Shown here one piece after another: positions 44,101-50,891 of a stretch of DNA of 64,000 bases. Below the pieces are notes generated by a model that saw nothing but the letters and a program-made list of their open reading frames with translations, was not told the origin of the DNA and made no database searches. The translations under genes and the position numbers were made by a program. Location of the stretch: the NCBI GenBank assembly GCA_039679855.1, contig JBDKUE010000111.1, positions 16,846-80,845 on the forward strand, given 5' to 3'. Position 1 is the first letter of the stretch; every line of letters begins with the position of its first letter. The stretch comes from Syntrophomonas sp. Its GTDB lineage: Bacteria; Bacillota; Syntrophomonadia; Syntrophomonadales; Syntrophomonadaceae.

Positions 44101-44367
44101 AACCACCCGTGTTCCTACTTCAACGCCCAGCACTTTGCTGCCCCCGCCCCCGGTGGTTCGTACTCTTATTACGGCATCCTTAAGGTTCTGACCGTCGATT
44201 TCAATGACCCCACTGGCGGTTTCCAAAATCTCATTGTCGGTTCGTTCTATGTAAATATTGTCAATTACCGGGTCAGCGGCAAGTGCCGAATGCGGCCAGA
44301 GCGGGTTCATGGTCAGTAAGAAAGTCAAAATTATTAAGTAAGTTATAAAGCGGGGGGGCTTTCTCAT
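38149..44367 (-). CDS. giant secreted IPT/TIG-repeat surface protein with an FN3 domain (2072 aa)
   Basis: Signal peptide. At least 10 modules of the type P-x-I/V-x-x-I/V-x-P-x-x-G-x-x-x-GG-x-x-I-x-I-x-G-x-x-F (for example PKVTSIDPNQGSVSGGYYIKITGENF). FN3-like segment WEAVTGATGYEIEV...LEPNTSYKFVVKA near the C-terminus. No SLH or LPXTG motif seen. Confidence 0.9.
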   Translation of the reverse strand: MRKPPRFITYLIILTFLLTMNPLWPHSALAADPVIDNIYIERTDNEILETASGVIEIDGQNLKDAVIRVRTTGGGGSKVLGVEVGTRVVNLDSYIKFSLPGDDMRSILWSDGLVIGGNTIAVDDTNMAAITSVAPAVAFTVTDTITINGSNLDKDTLTFGNGSLNGTVNRDPDNLHDGAKITIAGITGDVGLHDVIFTRERTPVGVTKKLTFRKLYQNQFRVVEKLDIAGLEMYPNIGQPKKTTVYFQAQDLGDYSVFFLRNETDPYYKANMGTDPHWTPQQPSQKGQLTVVVPDLNPGTYHVVLTNKMVDPQAGVDLRSQITKQMLVGDFIIVSSTNAAEVVAISPASGPTMNPTPIEVVAYNMEELNINGLNMEDAAYTLDLADANTTLEIDHGYGHYKPGEVNKKVDVTRTIKVTVGALAVFQDESKQKLVASNYDTLSLNTGLVQDSDISSDPVFDVSLDIKTTLTVVDEVTNIPTGEKYVFTEQPIKKDAFTFIKSYDEPAATKVTPNKIQVESAAGGYSVKEDMYIGISGSDFIVSKYIDSATGEEVVHYPEVILGGFDTGAGQGPGLCFRREGKDPTVVLGWDQANKTEHQISGAYYEIYNGTTVVTGAEGNDTGNRILIKIPAGMLVDKDTTTTELVMANPKKNSSEYGYRVKKSDLLQFVVLATEKTPVINSVTPNIISTDGAKGVRIDGYNFQPDVKVYLEDTLITSKRDASGKIITFDAPAWKEGKTRILVMNGEGGSDSAQIIYVQSQTKPTLTSVSPPAGTINTLVTLNGTVFLTPDPTAVPWDLGIYRLIGTRVLFGNQDINEYYYKSGTNDIDLKAYTSPVGKEILSASGSTATMASYYYSVLLKTAADKFYVLNYNDLGGIILSDGTIDYEIYASGGALKAKDQSGGTWDVTVTTSTVALDSTSGGSDINLTLVTPYVFGTDNVITGNRVKVTDHGKRIYAVIPDLLTPGLFDVTVVNPDTNSATLKNAFTFYRNPQRLPKVTSIDPNQGSVSGGYYIKITGENFEDNGTIKTRVFINSIEVAAADVKVGLDGTTLDVKVPAYPGDLKKDYGVDHKAVPITILNPSDGGSYGQQDAFTYVLPRSNPIIDNISKTTGSAAGGEYIEITGRDFRYYEPYEDNDGNFEYNAATDTFTDLNGEVPPVIPAVWDDLSHWDNTADPNVQAIANYEKILPKVYFGNQLATVKNYGNGYLGVLTPTGTSGAVDVYIVNNDYGVSNKKTFTFASSKPTFSSILPATGRKQGAELVEILGSGYVESTINVLDTTGASSKNITLVRFGNIDNLNSEDGTIVGGEMPTLELPGNMTVSFSANSKTIDFTLVYGGVTYSQTFNNYDGSACFFDMHELTDNPGNFYPGCELVKAYSKDRRLIVERGYASNVVTENTGHLTVTTPTYYTVGQVGLKVVNPDGGTVSGKFEYKNPATSPTISNITRNGSDPVDKTVAGEDLRVVEVNYKGGNIITITGNDFTANATIQIGSLAQIKSKDIVYTLPTTLSFIMPAVSEATVGTVVTVVVTNEDGGVARSDLPSSGLPIKMLITKGETAPEVSNIEPAKGPAAGGTRVSIKGKDFREDMSPDYPGELKVYFGAQEATVVSVKYEEIIAVSPAADPGEVEVKIENPDGESSTVGKFTYVSSPTITGITLTNDNGNEVAADSISVKGGQQLNITGTNFMEGCRVVFIPVIEKATDAKASGVIYYVTSKTSNGGSSSELDPYVLKSGTDGTEVTVVDATHLTVKTPAGKLDATGIMIINKDQGASDINNNIKFELPQLDAPLGVTAVLVRDEHYDTDRFIKVQWEAVTGATGYEIEVVKGSHTYNIGSSKYTSLVYDDLEPNTSYKFVVKAQGDFGTSKPSAQSNWVYTGSTVGAPDLDGGLGEKTEITAKGGIAQVNMGSDGDTVDIDLTKGELAACREVQVTIPASVIYSSGQTIRISGKEYDLEFEPGVFKNEFLADTSASDAGVRFRVYPYTGSAGQEGGNSLSTIYRLEASCFVGQEENELTDLTGSMKIKMRYDTAKAKLRHFTKMDLCWYEPNSGTWLPVSNSGTGLIGHMGNYCVMGRR

Positions 44368-44478
44368 GATGTTTCCTCCATCAGCCAGTAGAATTTTACC
44401 TTTTCCCGGTTAATATCGGAAACTTAAGCCTATCTCTTTACCGTGTGATCGGTTAAAAAACAATAAATCCTGCCTTTT

Positions 44479-45696
44479 TTAGTTTTCCTCCTCGTTTAAC
44501 AAGGCGGGCATAATTTCCTCCAAAGCCACTACCACCATTGGGTCAAAAAGGGTTCCAGTGGCCTTTTTTATCACCGCCAGGGCTTCTTCACTGTTCATCC
44601 TGGCTTCTTCTCCATTTAAACAGGTCAGGGCGTCAAAGACATCTGCTACCGCTATTATCCCGGCGCTTAGAGGTATATCGGCCATGCGCAGCCCTTCCGG
44701 GAATCCACTGCCATTGTAGCGCTCGTGATGATAGAGAATAGCTTCCCGCATGCTTTTAAACGACTCTTCAGCGGGCAGAAGCCTCGCCCCCTTTTCCGGA
44801 TGCCGGTCATCTGCCGGGGGGGTTTCCGCTTCAGATATTTCATCAGGCACTATTTTTCCCGCGTCGTGCAACAGTGCAGCCATGGTAAGCTCCCTGATTT
44901 CGGCGGAGTTAAAGCCCAAAACCTTCCCCAACAGCCCGGCCAGGCGGCTTACCCGCCGGGCATGACCCTGGAACCCGGGCGATCCGGCTTCAATCCCTCC
45001 AACCACAGCAGCAATGATTTGCCGGTAAAAACTCAGATTTTGCTCCTCTCTTCTCAATCGGAGCAAGGCCGTCCGGCCTGCTGTTGTTAAAGGCTGCAGG
45101 AGGGTGGCATCGGCTGCCTTAAAAGCTGGTTCACACTGACGGTTTACTAAGTATAGAATTCCTAATGTTTTGTTGTTCTCTCCGGTCAGCAGCATAGCCA
45201 AAAAGGTTTTAACCGAATTTGGTGGATAAGCCTGGCCGGATGTATTTGGCCAAAGCCAGTTCTTCCCACTCTCAGCCACTTCCTCACTGACTGCCCGCCA
45301 TACCCCTTCTTCTTCTTTTTCACTTAAATAAAGCGAGGTTCCCTGCTCGATATTAAAGTAGAAACTGGATTGACATTCAATTATGGCTTTGGACCAGTGC
45401 AGCATCTGGACCAGCACCTGTTCTTCGCTTTTTTGCTCATGGATCCGCTGAACTGCGGTGACAATCAGCTCCTGGTCTCCCAATCGCCGGCCCCGCAGCA
45501 TGCTCAAGGCAATAAAAAAGGCAGCGGCCAGGGTTATCCCCAGCATTACAAATCCCGCCACCTGAGGGGGAATCCATTCGAAGATAACCAGTGTAGCCAG
45601 CAAGGCGCTTATTATGATGCCCAGGAGAATTACGTGTTTGGCTTGCATATGTGATCGTTCCTCCCCATCTCCGGCTGATTTATCCGATTGCTTCAT
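44479..45696 (-). CDS. membrane-anchored GAF-like + HD-GYP domain protein (putative c-di-GMP phosphodiesterase)
   Basis: Two N-terminal TM helices and HD-GYP motifs LLHDAGK and HHERYNGSGFPEGL. The start is uncertain (ATG at 45696 or at 45648). Confidence 0.85.
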   Translation of the reverse strand: MKQSDKSAGDGEERSHMQAKHVILLGIIISALLATLVIFEWIPPQVAGFVMLGITLAAAFFIALSMLRGRRLGDQELIVTAVQRIHEQKSEEQVLVQMLHWSKAIIECQSSFYFNIEQGTSLYLSEKEEEGVWRAVSEEVAESGKNWLWPNTSGQAYPPNSVKTFLAMLLTGENNKTLGILYLVNRQCEPAFKAADATLLQPLTTAGRTALLRLRREEQNLSFYRQIIAAVVGGIEAGSPGFQGHARRVSRLAGLLGKVLGFNSAEIRELTMAALLHDAGKIVPDEISEAETPPADDRHPEKGARLLPAEESFKSMREAILYHHERYNGSGFPEGLRMADIPLSAGIIAVADVFDALTCLNGEEARMNSEEALAVIKKATGTLFDPMVVVALEEIMPALLNEEEN

Positions 45697-45781
45697 TTTA
45701 TATTACCACTGATTAGGAATTTTTACTTTAAGCCGCGGCCTTGATACATAAAAAGCCCCCCTCATCTGCTATAATATCCCT

Positions 45782-45994
45782 AGTACACTGTTAATCCTAA
45801 TTCTGTGTATTGCTCGTCGAGGGAAATTTTTGTAGGACAAGGCGGGCAGCTCCTTGCCGTCCTGGCACCGCTGCATTAGCCCGTCCATGGGCGTCAAGGA
45901 ATGAGTAATACTGGACGTATTGCGACTGACGACAACGCAGTAATACAAAAATTTAACCGACGAAAATATATAGAATTAGGGTTAACAGAGTACT
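45782..45994 (+). mobile_element. MITE-like palindromic element, copy C (canonical, 213 bp)
   Basis: TIRs AGTACACTGTTAATCCTAATTCTGTGTAT ... ATATATAGAATTAGGGTTAACAGAGTACT. Arm complementarity extends about 50 bp inward (GCTCGTCGAGGGAAATTTTTGTA / TACAAAAATTTAACCGACGAAAA). One core unit. Confidence 0.8.
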
Positions 45995-46108
45995 TGCACA
46001 CTGATGCTCGTGTTCTGAATGTTACTCGCCAAAGGTAATTTCGGCGATAATAACATATTCAATTTGGAGTTAAACAGTGTGCCAAACCAGGAAGGAGGCA
46101 CTTAACGA

Positions 46109-46630
46109 GTGAGCGATTATCCTCAAGTTACAGTGGAGATGAAAGACGGCGGCCGTATGGTCATTGAACTGTATCCCGAAACTGCGCCGCAGGCCGTTGC
46201 CAATTTTGTAGAGCTGGTGCAAAAGGGATATTATGATGGGCTGATATTTCACCGGGTTATTCCCGGGTTCATGATCCAGGGTGGATGTCCCCAGAGAAGC
46301 GGCATGGGCGGTCCCGGTTACACTATTAAAGGAGAGTTTGCCAGCAATGGCATTAAAAATGGATTGCTTCATGATCGCGGCGTATTATCTATGGCCCGCA
46401 GTTCACATCCCGACTCGGCCGGGTCCCAATTTTTTATCATGGTAGCCCGGGCTCCCCACCTTGACGGGGAATATGCTGCTTTCGGCAAGGTGACGGAAGG
46501 GATGGAGGTGGCCGATGCCATCGTTGCCATGCCCCGTGATTTTCGCGACCGACCCTTCGAAGAGCAGGTCATGGCTAAAGTGACGGTTGATACCCGGGGC
46601 AGCCAGCTGGCTGAATTGAAAAAACTATAA
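46109..46630 (+). CDS. ppiB: cyclophilin-type peptidyl-prolyl cis-trans isomerase
   Basis: 173 aa with FHRVIPGFMIQGG and SQFFI motifs. GTG start after GGAAGGAGG. Confidence 0.93.
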   Translation: MSDYPQVTVEMKDGGRMVIELYPETAPQAVANFVELVQKGYYDGLIFHRVIPGFMIQGGCPQRSGMGGPGYTIKGEFASNGIKNGLLHDRGVLSMARSSHPDSAGSQFFIMVARAPHLDGEYAAFGKVTEGMEVADAIVAMPRDFRDRPFEEQVMAKVTVDTRGSQLAELKKL

Positions 46631-46730
46631 ACCTGTAACAAAAGGCTGTGTGCCAATATCAAACAGGGTGTGTTTTAGCGAAAATAGACCTGGGCCTCGA
46701 TATTGTGGATAGCCTTTTTGTTTCCCGGCT

Positions 46731-47504
46731 TTACAATACCGCCACAGTGCTGGTGGAGTCGGGATGAGTGGGATACAGCTTTATTTCCCTGTCAACACCT
46801 TTATTGGCCAGGATTTCACCTACCGTTTCCCGGGCCAGTAGGGGTGTATTATTTTGCCGGCTGAGGTGGGCCAGCAGTACCTGCATAAACGCAGGGCGGG
46901 GGATGCGAGTTAAAAGAAGGGCGGCCTGCTGGTTGGATAGATGCCCGTAGGCGCCTTTGATTCTCTTCTTCAGGAAAGCGGGATAGGGCCCATTTTCCAG
47001 CATTTCGGGATCATGATTGCTCTCCAGAACAAGGGCATCGGCCATAGCCAGAGCCCCTTCAACCTTCTCGGTAATAGTGCCCAGGTCGGTGGCCAGAACG
47101 ACTTTTTTGTTTCGATGGTAGATGCAAAATCACACCGGATCAACCGCATCATGGGGCAGGGGAAAGGCCTCAATATGTACTCCTTCAATGCTTACCTGCT
47201 GGTCAATCTCTTTAATGCAAGCGGGAGGTATTTTGTCCCGGCAGGTTAGAACCTTCCAGGTCTTGGGCCGGGTATATACCGGAATACAGTGCCGGCGCGC
47301 CAGAACTTCCAGTCCAGCGACGTGATCCTGGTGTTCATGGGTAACGAGAATGGCGTTTAAATCACCTGCCCGGTAGCCGAGGGCCGCCATTCCCTTTTCA
47401 ATACGGCGGGCGCTGACTCCAGCGTCAATCAAGATTAGATTATCCCCCAGGGCAAATAAAATGGCATTGCCGGTACTGCCGCTGGCCAGGACGTGAATGT
47501 GCAT
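46731..47504 (-). pseudogene. YycJ/WalJ-like MBL-fold hydrolase interrupted by one in-frame TGA (47130-47132)
   Basis: The two track ORFs are in the same frame. Read-through gives a full-length 257-residue protein: HEHQDH ... PLPHDAVDPV-TGA-FCIYHRNKKVVLATDLG ... ESNHD ... GHLSN. Start at the ATG after AAGGAG (MHIHVLASGSTGNA). Confidence 0.6.
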
Positions 47505-47583
47505 AGCAACTCCTTTTGATCCGCAATATTCCTTATCATTATAACCTATCCGGGCTTGAAGCCGATTACGGTTTCTGTAGTTT

Positions 47584-48669
47584 TTAGAGCCGCCCCGTAT
47601 ACTGTCTGAACATGATGTCATATAAATGCTTATAGGCATCAACTTCAGCTGGCAGGGAAAAACAGCGACGGGTCAAATCACGAGCCCTTTCTCCCATGAT
47701 CAACCGTTTCTCACGTGAACTGCCCAGCTCCAGCGCGTATTCGGCCAGCTGCGCGGGGCTCCCAAAGTAGTAGCCTTCGCAGCCATGCTCCATTATGCCC
47801 AGATTGCCTGGAACCGCGCTCAAAAGAGCCGGCCGGGCAAGGCTCATGGCCTCCAGGGCGGCCTGGGGCTGTCCTTCTGCCAGGGAACTATTAATCACTA
47901 CATCTCCCAGGAGGTAGAAACCGGCTATCTGATTATGTGGTATTTCACCGAGATATACGACCCATGGCAAATCAGCGACCCTGGATAAAAAACCCTGGGC
48001 ATAGCTCTTTTCAATCGAGGCTCCAACGATCAGGAGCTTGAGATTGGGAAGTTGGAGTTTGATAAGAGCCAACCCTTCTACGGCCCAATCCAGATTCTTG
48101 ACCGGCCGTAAACCGCTGGGCAGAATAAAAACCACATCGCTGTCGGTGAGCCCCAATTGGTTGCGCTGGCAGGGTAGAGCAGCCTCCAGCAATACTCCCT
48201 GAGGAATGCAGCACACTCTTTTTTCATAATCGGGTATAAAATCCAGCAGGGTTTTGAATTGCGGGCTAAACACCACCGTATAGGCCGCTTTAATTATAAT
48301 ATTTTTAAGCTGCCGGTTATTGGTCCCGTGTAATCCGTAGTGAAGGTCGGTTCCGGTAGTGGTTAATAAAAGCGGCAGTTCGGCCAGCTGCGGTGCTCTT
48401 TTAAAAGCCTTAGCCATGTAATACGCGTTAAAGCCATGCACAAAGCGGTAATAATTTTGAGCCAGGGCTTCTTGAATTCGCTCCCAGCAGGTTTCGTCCT
48501 CCAGTGATTCGACCTCGATCCGGTACCCCTTTCCCAGAAGTCCCCGGTATAATCGTTCCACGGTTATGGCATTCCCCCGCTGCTGGTGGCTAAAAGGCGC
48601 CAGCATTAATACCCGTTCAGTTGGGGATGTACCGTTCTCTAAACACTGGCTTTCAATACCTGAAAACAT
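47584..48669 (-). CDS. GT4-family (GT-B) glycosyltransferase
   Basis: C-terminal EX7E-type region (SLAEGQPQAALEAMSLARPAL). The start is uncertain (ATG at 48669 after GGGGAGA, or 48606) and overlaps the upstream PIG-L gene. Confidence 0.75.
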   Translation of the reverse strand: MFSGIESQCLENGTSPTERVLMLAPFSHQQRGNAITVERLYRGLLGKGYRIEVESLEDETCWERIQEALAQNYYRFVHGFNAYYMAKAFKRAPQLAELPLLLTTTGTDLHYGLHGTNNRQLKNIIIKAAYTVVFSPQFKTLLDFIPDYEKRVCCIPQGVLLEAALPCQRNQLGLTDSDVVFILPSGLRPVKNLDWAVEGLALIKLQLPNLKLLIVGASIEKSYAQGFLSRVADLPWVVYLGEIPHNQIAGFYLLGDVVINSSLAEGQPQAALEAMSLARPALLSAVPGNLGIMEHGCEGYYFGSPAQLAEYALELGSSREKRLIMGERARDLTRRCFSLPAEVDAYKHLYDIMFRQYTGRL

Positions 48670-49370
48670 TCGCAATAATCTCCCCTGCCGGAACTTACTC
48701 CCCGAAAACGGTTCAATCCCCTGATGCCTTCATCATAGGCAATGTGCTTAAGCTGGCTTGTATGCCTGCGCAGTGCTTCAATTTTTATGTCTATATATGG
48801 ACTGATATCCTCCACCATGTTTACTTCGTTTAAGGGAGCCCATATTTCGTAGGCCAAAATCCAGGCTACCTCCCAAGCCTGCTCTCCACACTGCGGATGC
48901 CAGGGGCCGGCCGCCCGTCGGCAGGCTTCCAAAACCAGTTCATGGGTTTTCAGGTGATCGCGGTGAATATCGCGGGCGTGCGGCAGGTATATTATATCCG
49001 GCCTTTCCCGGCGCAGCAGCCCCACCACCAGGTCCAGGCTGCCGGAGTTTACCTCAATTCCCCCATCAGTCAGACCTAGAAACACTGGCTCCTCAACATC
49101 CAGTATGCGCAGGGCCTGGGCCGCTTCCTCTTCCCGAACCCTGCTCAAGCCGCCAGGTTGATAGACCGGACTCCCGGCTTCCCCCGATGTCAGAAAAACC
49201 ACTCTGACCTGCCGCCCTTTTTCTCTATGTTTCACAATACTGCCCCCACATCCCAGCACATCGTCATCGGGATGGGGAGCAAACACCATGATCCTGCTCA
49301 AGGCCAAATCAGCTGTATATTCGGGGCACGAATCCTTTGCAACGGGCATTGACGTCACTTCCTTCGCCAT
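48639..49370 (-). CDS. PIG-L/LmbE-family N-acetylglucosaminyl deacetylase
   Basis: Motif VFAPHPDDDVLGCGG plus downstream HxDH (HRDH). An alternative start at 49349 follows GAAGGAAG. Confidence 0.8.
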   Translation of the reverse strand: MAKEVTSMPVAKDSCPEYTADLALSRIMVFAPHPDDDVLGCGGSIVKHREKGRQVRVVFLTSGEAGSPVYQPGGLSRVREEEAAQALRILDVEEPVFLGLTDGGIEVNSGSLDLVVGLLRRERPDIIYLPHARDIHRDHLKTHELVLEACRRAAGPWHPQCGEQAWEVAWILAYEIWAPLNEVNMVEDISPYIDIKIEALRRHTSQLKHIAYDEGIRGLNRFRGVSSGRGDYCECFQVLKASV

Positions 49371-49509
49371 TTACGATCCTATGTTTGAAGAATAGCATAG
49401 AAAAACTCTCTCTTCCAGGACCCTTTAACTCCAAACCGGCTTCCCGGGTTAAACGGATTAGCAGGAAACCCGCTCAAAAGGGTCGAATTTTTACCACAAA
49501 GCATGAATT

Positions 49510-50757
49510 ATGAATAAAGAAAGGAAAAAGGCCATGGTTGATGAGCTGAACCAGGTCCTGGCGCAGATTAAAAACAGCATAGCAGCCTATCAGGAATTGG
49601 GACAGTTGCTGGCCCAAAACGCCGATGACGTAATATCCCGGGGCGTTCCTCCTTCTGAAGAGCTGCTGGCTGCCATCGCCTCGGCACGCGCTGAGTTCTC
49701 TCTGATAAAAAAGCGCCTGCAGGATTTGGGCTTAAAAGCCGAAGGCGAAAATCTTCCCGACTCGCTGAGAAGCATGGAGCAAACCGTTGTAAAACGGCTG
49801 GCCAAGGAATATGAAGCCGCTCATCAAGCCAAAAAGAACCGTCTTCTCCCTTTGCTAGAAAAGATCAATCAGGTTCAGGCGGCCACTCCTCTCTATGAAG
49901 AGCCGCTGGGCCACTGCAAATCAAAGGCTCTGGAGCTTAAACAGCAGCTTCTTGAACTGGATTATGAAAGCCTTGTGGCAAGCATGGGCGAGCTTGAGCA
50001 GCTGATAGCACCTTTCCGGGCTCTGCTGACCTTGATTGAATCACCCGAGCAGCTGAATGACGACGATTGGCTCGAATACAATAGCTTGATCGAAAAGTCT
50101 TTTGGAACACCATTGGCCCTGGCGGCTTCTCGTAAGAAAATGTATTTAGGTGAAAAACAATTAGAAACGCCTTCCTTACCTGAGCCTGAAGCGTTGCAAA
50201 ACCCGCAGCCGGAAGCCAAAGAAGCACCGGCTAGCCTGGCCAGACCTCCGGCCGCCGGTGAGGATCGCAATGATGAGTCGGGTATGGGACTGAGAATCTT
50301 GCTGGCGACCTGTCTTCTGTTAATTCTGGGAGCGGTCATGGCCTATCTAAGTCAGGGAACCTTTCCCGACGGTCTGACCTTGCGCAGTCAGGGAATCCTT
50401 ATTAAAGATATCAACCAGCCCCTGGAGAACCAGGACACCTACCTGACCAGGGCGGTTAAAGAAAAAAACCTGTCTCTCATGTCTCTCCTGATAAAGCACG
50501 GGGCCAATATCAACGCCCAGGATGCTGATCTAAACACACCCCTTCATTTAGTGGTATTGGGTGCTTATTTTGAAGGGGCTGAATTGCTCGTTCAGAATGG
50601 GGCCGATCCCGATATAAAAAACAGTCAGGGAAAAACACCCGGTGAACTGGCTTTAATGATGGGAAATCCCGATATCGCCAGCCTCTTGCCGGAGGGCGTA
50701 CTGCGCACCTCCCGCGATATGGCCAGTGCCCGCAATCCCTTCGCCACCAAAGAATGA
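49510..50757 (+). CDS. coiled-coil, single-TM, ankyrin-repeat protein
   Basis: 415 aa: a ~250-aa helical N-terminal region, a Pro/Glu linker, a TM helix (LRILLATCLLLILGAVMAYL), then ANK repeats (LIKHGANINAQDADLNTPLHLVV..., LVQNGADPDIKNSQGKTPGELA). Confidence 0.75.
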   Translation: MNKERKKAMVDELNQVLAQIKNSIAAYQELGQLLAQNADDVISRGVPPSEELLAAIASARAEFSLIKKRLQDLGLKAEGENLPDSLRSMEQTVVKRLAKEYEAAHQAKKNRLLPLLEKINQVQAATPLYEEPLGHCKSKALELKQQLLELDYESLVASMGELEQLIAPFRALLTLIESPEQLNDDDWLEYNSLIEKSFGTPLALAASRKKMYLGEKQLETPSLPEPEALQNPQPEAKEAPASLARPPAAGEDRNDESGMGLRILLATCLLLILGAVMAYLSQGTFPDGLTLRSQGILIKDINQPLENQDTYLTRAVKEKNLSLMSLLIKHGANINAQDADLNTPLHLVVLGAYFEGAELLVQNGADPDIKNSQGKTPGELALMMGNPDIASLLPEGVLRTSRDMASARNPFATKE

Positions 50758-50801
50758 TCCCTTTATTGTCTTGCCCTGTTGTCAATCACCATCAAAAACT
50801 C

Positions 50802-50831
50802 TGGACTTTAAAGTACAGGACCCTTTATAAT
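50802..50831 (+). promoter_or_regulatory. candidate promoter of the HlyD/ABC operon
   Basis: TGGACT, 18 nt, TATAAT, about 60 nt upstream of the HlyD start. Confidence 0.4.
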
Positions 50832-50891
50832 ATTTAATATACCAGGTAAACGTTTTTAGTGACATTAGTAACCATAAGGTGGGGTTTTAGG

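Noticed and set aside
45760-45781. TATAAT box at 45767-45772 (plus strand) that would start transcription exactly at element copy C
   Set aside because: There is no acceptable -35 at 16-18 nt, and equivalent boxes are absent upstream of copies A and B. It is probably coincidental.
47130-47132. Genome-wide UGA reassignment (for example UGA=Gly, code 25), prompted by two in-frame TGAs, one at a position I recall as usually Gly
   Set aside because: TGA terminates several genes in the window: prfA at 13314-13316, HlyD at 51876-51878, the permease at 54813-54815 and the ankyrin protein at 50755-50757. For prfA the stop falls at the expected conserved C-terminus. The code is therefore standard.
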